Source of the DNA: a virus
Taxonomy: Duplodnaviria > Caudoviricetes
Direction: 5' to 3' (one strand)
Length of the DNA stretch: 64,000 bases
Virus record (IMG/VR): IMGVR_UViG_3300028603_000041
Span: 5,998 to 69,997 of that record
A program made the position numbers and the translations under genes. This document shows, piece after piece, positions 56,901-64,000 of the stretch (positions are counted from its first letter, which is position 1; each line of letters starts with the position of its first letter). Under the pieces are notes generated by a model. It saw only the letters and a list, made by a program, of their open reading frames with translations, did no database searches and had not been told where the DNA came from.

Positions 56901-57049
56901 ACGCTAACATCACCTATGCGCCGGTGATCCAGGTTTCCGGCACTGTGGACGAAAAGAAATTGAGCGCGGAAATGACAAGACAATTCGATCTTTACCTTAA
57001 ACACAAGGGCCGCAAGCTCCTGCAAGATGTTGCGAGCGGGAGGGCTTAA
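50948..57049 (+). CDS. tape measure protein
   Basis: 2033 aa, tape-measure domain [24 protein letters not shown], helical, C-terminal [11 protein letters not shown]. Confidence 0.93.
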   Translation: [2033 protein letters not shown]

Positions 57050-57052
57050 CCG

Positions 57053-57859
57053 ATGGCCAACTTCCTCTTCGCACTTCCCGGCATATCATACACGGCAACG
57101 CCCAGCTCCGAGGACTCGAATCATCCGGCTACCAACCTCAAGCTGTATGGCAATATCCAGCAGGATTATCGCTCGGAAGTCATAACTGAGGTTAACATAG
57201 TATTCGACCTCGGGAATACTTACAGCAATGTATTGATGTTGATGGATGGCTGTAATTTCACCAACTTCGCTCTGCAAGCCCATACCACAGATTCATGGGG
57301 GGCACCTACCGTAAATAATACTGGCCTGAAAATGGTTGCAAAACCTTGGGTGCAGCCCAATACTGCACTGACCGGGATCATGCACAGATATGCCTACCAA
57401 TGGCAGCCGAGCGGCTTTACCAACCTTCGTTATGTGCGCTTGGTAATTGCTGCACAGACACCGACTGACAGTGCAGCCTATTTTCGCATCGGGCGCATTG
57501 CAATTATTGCTTCGACGAGCCAGTGGAGTTTGTCGCAGAATCCAGATTGGGAATTTGAGGAATGGTCCGACGCGCCGACCGGCAAGCTGGAATACCCCGG
57601 CGGCGGCTCTTATTATGCATTGGGCGATAACCTTCAGTGGCGCGGGTCAATCCAATTTGATCCATTTCTAAAAACCTACCTTTCCGAGATCCAGGCGCTC
57701 AACGCAATCCCGAAAGATAGGGTGATCGTCATGTGCACCAATATAAGCGGTACGAAAGAGGATTTCTGGTTCTGTTATCGGGAAAGCGCATTTGAGCATA
57801 CGCATCAATACGTAACCTACTCTAAAATTAATCGGATAGACTTTATGGAGGCTTTGTGA
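57053..57859 (+). CDS. distal tail (Dit-like) protein
   Basis: immediately after TMP; beta-rich. Confidence 0.55.
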   Translation: MANFLFALPGISYTATPSSEDSNHPATNLKLYGNIQQDYRSEVITEVNIVFDLGNTYSNVLMLMDGCNFTNFALQAHTTDSWGAPTVNNTGLKMVAKPWVQPNTALTGIMHRYAYQWQPSGFTNLRYVRLVIAAQTPTDSAAYFRIGRIAIIASTSQWSLSQNPDWEFEEWSDAPTGKLEYPGGGSYYALGDNLQWRGSIQFDPFLKTYLSEIQALNAIPKDRVIVMCTNISGTKEDFWFCYRESAFEHTHQYVTYSKINRIDFMEAL

Positions 57860-57860
57860 G

Positions 57861-60431
57861 ATGGGCGGATTATGGGATATGTCAGGTGGTAATGCCGGGA
57901 ATACGATTGACTCGTCCGCGCACATTCTAAGGGTGGATTCAGCCAGTCAGTCTTATTATCTATACCTCAACGACCTCTCTACTGTTATAGGCAACGGTGC
58001 AGCCGTGAACACAGAGGCCGGACTTGCAGCAGCCATTACGGCCAATGCCCCGCTGATCCTGATAACTGGTGATATCACCTTGACCGGCGCGCACAACCTT
58101 TCGGCTTCCGGTAGTGTCATAGATTTTGTGCCCGGTGCGGTCATTACTACGGATGGCAACGCCTTGACACTAGGCAACCAAATCCCATTACATCACCGCC
58201 AACAACTATTCGATGCAACAGGCGGTGAAGTGGTTTTTGTGACAGGTGGCATGGTCAGACCAGAGTGGTGGTACGATGGCAGTGGAAATTACCTGAATGC
58301 AATCAATTATGCCTGGGAGAGCTTGTCTGGGGTTGGTGGTACGCTTCTGATAGGTTCTAACACCTATGCAATAGATCTGAGCGGCGGCTATCTCATTCCA
58401 CGGTCAAACACCACATTAACCGGCATAGATAAGGCTTCATCGGTTCTTTCCTTCACCTTTGCCGGCTCCCCCGACAGGGAAACTACTAACGGCATAGTCT
58501 TCACCAATCAAACGAATGTTGCTATCCGTAATCTCTCGCTGGTTGGCGATTCAGACATAACTCAGCCCTATTCTTCGGCTAATGGCACCATGTCCGGCAT
58601 CTGGTTTCAGCCGTCAAGCAACGATGCTGTAGCCGACATAGAGATAGAGGACTGTTATTTCAGCACATGGTATTTGGCCGGTATCCTCAGTTACGGAACA
58701 TCTGGGGAAGATTATCCACACTACACAACAACAAGAGTAAGGGTTAACAAATGCACCTTTGAGAACATCGGCGGGCACGGTGTCGGAATGAATGAGTTGA
58801 CTGATTCATCTGTCACCAACTGCCATATGATCAATATCGGCCAGATTCCAATAGTGAATTCTAATGGTTCAGGGCTTGGAGTGGATGTAAGTGGTGGATG
58901 TAGGGATATTGTGGTATGCAACAATGTTGTTGATGGTGCGGGTGGAGGGTTTAAGTCTGAAACTCACAATGTCAATCCATCCTTGCAAAAGACTGTAGAT
59001 AATGGGGTATCTTACACCAACTACACTACAGAAATCAACGGGGCTGGAGTAGCTGACATCAGTTCGTTTGATACGGCTGCTAATGGTGACTGGATTGTCG
59101 TAGGAGGTGATGCGCCTTTCAGGGCTGTGCATTTTGTGATGACAACTGTAAACGCCAACGCCTCAGTTGCAACCATTGAATACTGGAATGGGGCGTGGGA
59201 ATCCATGCCAAAAGCTCACGATAATACTTCCCTTTCCGGTGCGACTTTAGGGCAAACCGGAGCAATGTATTGGGATGACGCACCGGATGACTGGGTTGCC
59301 AGTACCATTAACAGCATTGAAAAATATTGGGTTAGGATCTCGGTCAGTGCCACCCTGGATGCCGCTGTCACTATTGATACGGTTTATGCTTTAATTCCCA
59401 GTCAAAATGTTAAGTTTGTAGGCAATACTGTTAAAAATCTATACACAAGTATTGTGTACTTTGGCATAAAAAGTTCTGGTTGGGATAATGTAATAGATAA
59501 CAATACAATAGAATCATATTACCACGGCATTAGTGTCAATACACCCTACGGGACGCCAAAGAATAACTCAATAATTAATAATACCATATTGAGTACAGTG
59601 CATAGCGGCTCTATCGGGATTTATGTCAATAAGCCTGTTATTGGGGTTACTCATATTGAAAATAATAAAGTTTACAGGAGTGGATCGCATGGTATCTATA
59701 CAACCGCAAATGATATTGAAATCATCTCCAATACTATAGCAGACTGTGTTGTAAGTGGCATTTACGTCAATGGCGCAGATAGAATTTCAGTGGTCAATAA
59801 TAAAGTGTATAACAATAACACTGGAGGTTCTGGTTACGGCATATTCTTTCTAAATACCTGTTCTAATATACAGATACTTAATAATAAGGTATATGACACC
59901 AGGACTGGTGATAATAGGACTCAGCTCTATGGGTTGTACTGCCCTGCTGACACTGTGACTGGGATTATCAAGGGTAACTGGTTTTACAACAATAAGACCG
60001 CTGCAATATATCCACTTGCAACCGCTTACACTGGTATAGTCGGGGAGCTGGAAACAGTCAAGATTGCAGACCTTGCGGCAGGTACATCCGATGAGGTGCC
60101 GATCTTGGTTGCATCCGGTAACGGTATCTATGTGATGAATGTCTATCTGGTTCCGGCTGCATCCATAACCCAAAATGATACTGACTATATCTCATTCAAT
60201 GTACTCAACAAAGGAGCCGATGGAACCGGAACATCCGCGCTGTGTTCCGCCTCTAAGACAACGAAGGTCACTGGAGGGACTGCTTTCAACGCCTTTGTTC
60301 CTACTTCACTGGGAGTCAACGCGAATAGAGAGCTTGCCCCTGGTCATGTGCTATCTCTTCTGAAATCTGATTCAGGAGGTGGTCAAGAACTAGATGAGGC
60401 TATCGTCGTGATTGATTATATATCGTTCTAG
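57861..60431 (+). CDS. tailspike with right-handed beta-helix (depolymerase-like)
   Basis: repeated Asn/Ile/Gly beta-helix rungs (NNTI, GIY, IENN), AT-rich C-terminal part. Confidence 0.8.
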   Translation: MGGLWDMSGGNAGNTIDSSAHILRVDSASQSYYLYLNDLSTVIGNGAAVNTEAGLAAAITANAPLILITGDITLTGAHNLSASGSVIDFVPGAVITTDGNALTLGNQIPLHHRQQLFDATGGEVVFVTGGMVRPEWWYDGSGNYLNAINYAWESLSGVGGTLLIGSNTYAIDLSGGYLIPRSNTTLTGIDKASSVLSFTFAGSPDRETTNGIVFTNQTNVAIRNLSLVGDSDITQPYSSANGTMSGIWFQPSSNDAVADIEIEDCYFSTWYLAGILSYGTSGEDYPHYTTTRVRVNKCTFENIGGHGVGMNELTDSSVTNCHMINIGQIPIVNSNGSGLGVDVSGGCRDIVVCNNVVDGAGGGFKSETHNVNPSLQKTVDNGVSYTNYTTEINGAGVADISSFDTAANGDWIVVGGDAPFRAVHFVMTTVNANASVATIEYWNGAWESMPKAHDNTSLSGATLGQTGAMYWDDAPDDWVASTINSIEKYWVRISVSATLDAAVTIDTVYALIPSQNVKFVGNTVKNLYTSIVYFGIKSSGWDNVIDNNTIESYYHGISVNTPYGTPKNNSIINNTILSTVHSGSIGIYVNKPVIGVTHIENNKVYRSGSHGIYTTANDIEIISNTIADCVVSGIYVNGADRISVVNNKVYNNNTGGSGYGIFFLNTCSNIQILNNKVYDTRTGDNRTQLYGLYCPADTVTGIIKGNWFYNNKTAAIYPLATAYTGIVGELETVKIADLAAGTSDEVPILVASGNGIYVMNVYLVPAASITQNDTDYISFNVLNKGADGTGTSALCSASKTTKVTGGTAFNAFVPTSLGVNANRELAPGHVLSLLKSDSGGGQELDEAIVVIDYISF

Positions 60432-60626
60432 GCGAGAGGTAGTCAAATGCCAACACTTTACCTAAGAAACCTCAGAAACCCAGGCTCAATCAAAATCCGC
60501 CGCTCTATCTCGGGCGGGCGCGAGATGCCGGAAAACAAATGTGGTTCCGGCGTGGCTTGAGTTCCGGGACTTCTGATGTCTGGGGAAATTGGGTCCAAGT
60601 AGATATAGTAGTACCTTAACCGGAGA

Positions 60627-63600
60627 TTGAATAATTTGAATTATCGCTACCTAATCACCTTATCGCTCGCCTCCGGGGATGTTACGGTATCCTCCGAGCA
60701 CCTTTATGTGGCAACTGAAGAGTTTGAGCGATTGCTGTTATCTGAGCCGGAGATAAATCAGGAAGTAGCTGACGGCATTGTCCTGCCCAACGATATAACG
60801 CTAAAGATCGAGGACAAGCAAGGCTTCCTGTCGCGCAAGATTCACTCGGGCGAGGAAGTGCGCAATCGCCAAATAAAAGTTGAGCGCTACGATCTGGAGG
60901 ACACCAGCCGGACAACGCTGCTGCTCAGTAACGTGAGTGAGATCAAGATTACTGGCAAGGTGGTCGAGATCAAGACCCAAGCAATAGATGATGATGTTCT
61001 CTCGACACTGTTGCCTGCTCAAGTATACGAGACGGATGACTGGCGCACTGTGACTGACGGTGCTCCGGCCTTGGTGAATGATACCACGATCACCAACCCG
61101 GAGGTCGATCTGGGCAGACCATACCCGGTTTATTGGGGACATGCCAAAAAGGTCAAGGCCGTTTATGTCTTCCGCGATACGGTAAACGACAAGTATTATT
61201 TCATTTTCAACAAGGGTGTGATTGAAAGTGTCGGTGCGGTTTACGCTAACAATGTGGTCGTCGATCCGGGCGATTACACCACGGGTGACGGTTCGCAGGT
61301 TTCCCCGTTCCCCGGCTTCGCTTATGTGTGCTTCGATGCGGAGCGGCGAGATAATAGCGGCAACCTGCTAGACATAACGGTTGACTTCTACGCTTCTACC
61401 TTCGGCGGGGCTAGTGCGGAGCGGAATGTCGCAAATGTGATCAAGACACTGCTCTCGGATTCTTCTGTCGGGCTAGGACAAATGGTCAATGCCGCATCCT
61501 TTGCAGCAGCGGCAGTTCACCTTGCAGCAATCTACACGGACGGCGGACTTACAGAGCAGCAATCGGCTCGTGAGATACTGTATGGCAGCGGCGGCCTGCT
61601 GCATTGTGCTCTCGGCTCGGTGATACGGAAGAATACGTCTAACGAGTGGGAAATCCTGATCGATGAGGCGCAAACCACCTCCCAACAGGCTTTCGCCAAT
61701 GGGTTCGAATACCTAATCCCTGAGTTGCAGATGGACGGCACGCCAGTCTACCAGATGGACGGTACGCCAGTCTACCAGATGGTGATGATTGATGGTCCGG
61801 CCCCGGTGAACATTATCGATGAGCCGGAGCTTGTTTACCCTAGCAGGGACAACACCACCAAGGCGATCAAATACAAATACCGTTACAACGCCTGGACCGG
61901 GGAATACGCACTGAAGATCGAGCGCACCGTCAATAGCGACTTTGGCCAAGACGTTGAAATCGAGCTGCCGTATATTCGCAACTCCGATTCGGTTGATAGA
62001 ATAGCCTACTATTGGCAGCAGAGGGAGAAGAGAGGTTATCCCTATGTAAAGCAAAAGGTTAATGAGGACGGCGCGAATGTAGATATACTCGATAAGGTTT
62101 CCTCTTATTGGTTGTGGCGGGAGGACGGGGACCTTCATGCACACCATAACAATTATTTCCTGGTTGAAGCCTTTTCCGGCAAAATCCCGGAATACGAACT
62201 GCTGCTTCGGAAATATGATGAACGCATTTACTCTTACGTAGCAGGCACATTGCCCACTGACCCGGTGGACGATGATTATGTGGACTACTCGCAGACTCCA
62301 CCCGCCACGCCAACAGGGTTATCTGTGTCCCTAAGCACTAGGCAGGGGACAGATGGCACGACAGTTGGAGTAATTCTATTCACAGCTACCATTCCGGCGG
62401 TCAATGCCACCTCAGCTGAGTTCGGCTACAGACTATCCAGCAGCGACAATTACACCTGGTTTCCCGGTCAGCAATCGAGTGGATACGTCTGGAAGGCTGA
62501 AGTTGAAGGTCCTATACCAGGGCAGATTTACGAATACGCAGCAAGAGCAGTAAATGCCAACGGGCTTAAAGGCGCATTGGTGGTCTATGAACCTGGATCT
62601 GTATTTCCTGGAGATACAACGGCACCGACCGTAACCACACTGTCACTAACTGCGCAGGTCAAGGAAATAAAACTATCCTGGACGGCACCAACTGCAACGG
62701 ACTGGTCAGACACGATCATTTACCGGGGAGCGAGTGCAAACCCGACTACAGAACTGACCAAGGCAGGCAAAGTCACATCGTGGACTGACCAGAACCCCGG
62801 CTACGACACATGGAATTATCGAATCAAGTTTCTCGATTTTACGGGCAATGCGAGCGCTTACTCGAACAATGTGTCGGGAGTGGTTACGGGCACAGAGCCA
62901 AGCAGTACTTATCCCACCAACGGAATAGAAATCAATTGGAATACAGGGGCTATTACAGTAGTCGGTACGGGGTCGATTTCTGTTTCAGGTGCATTGACCA
63001 TCGAGTCGGGCGGCAGCTTGACTATTGAGTCGGGAGGTTCTCTCTCTATAGCATCAGGTGGCACCTTCGCTATAGTCTCTGGAGGCGACTTAACTATAGA
63101 GTCGGGCGGCACTATAACTGTCGAGTCGGGTGGCGTGATAACGATCAGTTCACCAGATGGCTTGGTGGTGGATACAGAGGGCGGGATAAAGATCGAGGCG
63201 GCAAGCAACCCCAACCTTAAAGTGTACAACACTTCCTCCGGGGCAACTGCTTTTATCTGGTCGGGATCGGCCACTACAGTCTCTTTTGGAGTGTTCGGGG
63301 CGACCGGCGGTTACTCGACGCTTCGCTTTGGTTCCGGATCAACGCTCTGGTCCAGTTATGAGGACAGGCTGGAACTCACAACCTCCTCTTTCCGTCCGCT
63401 GGTGACGATGGACCTGGGGCGTTCAGATTCAAATTTCGCCAGACTGTACCTGAATGACGCAGTGTATGTCGACAATGTCAAGGTTGTTGGTTCGCAGAAA
63501 GCCGCTGTTGCTTTCATGCCAATCTCGTATTCGACATCATCTTTCGGGGAAGTCGATACCCAGCTTGCAACCATTTCAGGCACATTCAACAACCTGCTAA

Positions 63601-63638
63601 CTAAGTTAATGCAACATGGTTTAATCGCATCATCATAG
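60627..63638 (+). CDS. baseplate hub / central tail fibre with FN3-like domains and beta-repeat tip
   Basis: PVYWG, PPATPTGL, DTTAP..LSWTAP, LTIESGGS repeats. Confidence 0.72.
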   Translation: MNNLNYRYLITLSLASGDVTVSSEHLYVATEEFERLLLSEPEINQEVADGIVLPNDITLKIEDKQGFLSRKIHSGEEVRNRQIKVERYDLEDTSRTTLLLSNVSEIKITGKVVEIKTQAIDDDVLSTLLPAQVYETDDWRTVTDGAPALVNDTTITNPEVDLGRPYPVYWGHAKKVKAVYVFRDTVNDKYYFIFNKGVIESVGAVYANNVVVDPGDYTTGDGSQVSPFPGFAYVCFDAERRDNSGNLLDITVDFYASTFGGASAERNVANVIKTLLSDSSVGLGQMVNAASFAAAAVHLAAIYTDGGLTEQQSAREILYGSGGLLHCALGSVIRKNTSNEWEILIDEAQTTSQQAFANGFEYLIPELQMDGTPVYQMDGTPVYQMVMIDGPAPVNIIDEPELVYPSRDNTTKAIKYKYRYNAWTGEYALKIERTVNSDFGQDVEIELPYIRNSDSVDRIAYYWQQREKRGYPYVKQKVNEDGANVDILDKVSSYWLWREDGDLHAHHNNYFLVEAFSGKIPEYELLLRKYDERIYSYVAGTLPTDPVDDDYVDYSQTPPATPTGLSVSLSTRQGTDGTTVGVILFTATIPAVNATSAEFGYRLSSSDNYTWFPGQQSSGYVWKAEVEGPIPGQIYEYAARAVNANGLKGALVVYEPGSVFPGDTTAPTVTTLSLTAQVKEIKLSWTAPTATDWSDTIIYRGASANPTTELTKAGKVTSWTDQNPGYDTWNYRIKFLDFTGNASAYSNNVSGVVTGTEPSSTYPTNGIEINWNTGAITVVGTGSISVSGALTIESGGSLTIESGGSLSIASGGTFAIVSGGDLTIESGGTITVESGGVITISSPDGLVVDTEGGIKIEAASNPNLKVYNTSSGATAFIWSGSATTVSFGVFGATGGYSTLRFGSGSTLWSSYEDRLELTTSSFRPLVTMDLGRSDSNFARLYLNDAVYVDNVKVVGSQKAAVAFMPISYSTSSFGEVDTQLATISGTFNNLLTKLMQHGLIASS

Positions 63639-63659
63639 TAATGAGGGAGGGAGGACACA

Positions 63660-63821
63660 ATGAGTCAGAATCAAGTAAATATGATCTATGTTGAACGGGC
63701 CGCAGGACAGGCTATTCTCGAAAAGGCCATGCTGCTGCAAAAGATTGACCAATTGGTCGCCGAGAATGCCTCCCTGCGAGCTGAACTGGAAAAGCTGAAA
63801 TCTAACGGTGGTGCTCAATGA
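63660..63821 (+). CDS. small coiled-coil protein (fibre chaperone-like)
   Basis: 53 aa, RBS GGAGG, LVAENASLRAELEKL. Confidence 0.55.
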   Translation: MSQNQVNMIYVERAAGQAILEKAMLLQKIDQLVAENASLRAELEKLKSNGGAQ

Positions 63822-63999
63822 GCATCGGAACATCAACGTACACTCGATCCCCGAGATACCATATGCGCTCATTGCAGATTTTAATATCTTCGCCATCGAC
63901 AATCAGGATATGCGGTGTGACACCAGGATGTAGGAAAGTGATCTTATAATAATTGTCAACGCCGATCTTATCGCAGAATGAGCAATAGAATGGAGCGGC
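63802..63999 (-). CDS. C-terminal part of a minus-strand gene entering from the right edge
   Basis: 66 open codons: APFYCSFCDKIG..ILIVDGEDIKICNE..HHR*; converges on the tail operon. Confidence 0.5.
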   Translation of the reverse strand, partial: AAPFYCSFCDKIGVDNYYKITFLHPGVTPHILIVDGEDIKICNERIWYLGDRVYVDVPMLIEHHR

Positions 64000-64000
64000 G

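Noticed and set aside
1-64000. CRISPR array, tRNA/rRNA genes, DGR/retron reverse transcriptase, integrase, IS element
   Set aside because: No spaced direct repeats, cloverleaf, RT (YADD-type) motif, recombinase or transposase motif recognised; lifestyle cannot be called from this window.

Overview
The window is most of the genome of a tailed dsDNA phage (siphovirus-like, long tape measure), probably with a diderm bacterial host. It has two divergent arms meeting at an AT-rich promoter region at about 25.6-25.8 kb. The left arm (minus strand, 1-25.6 kb) carries a self-contained replication/recombination set: UvsX/UvsY/gp32-like proteins, clamp loader, beta-type clamp, a family A polymerase split into UDG+exonuclease and polymerase genes, DnaB, DnaC, initiator, primase and a HARP helicase. 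It also carries DNA-modification genes: an SNF2 helicase plus N4/N6 methyltransferase, and a 7-deazaguanine cassette (folE, queD, queE, dpdA-like transglycosylase, an extra SAM methyltransferase; no queC/queF seen). The right arm (plus strand) carries terminase, an envelope/lysis island, portal, endolysin, head genes, an 8.7-kb glycosyl/sulfo/methyltransferase island between capsid and neck genes, and tail genes. Top finding: the dpdA-like gene starts only at the DSG strand of the TGT barrel. It is flanked by six small paralogous ORFs (MxIYL/IAG...RLxSY/F) that resemble alternative N-terminal barrel segments. Five of the six are switched off, by (AG)n frameshifts or single in-frame stops, while the surrounding large genes are intact. 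This may be a split, phase-variable DNA-hypermodification enzyme with interchangeable subunits. Family assignments come from motif recognition by eye; no database searches were run.
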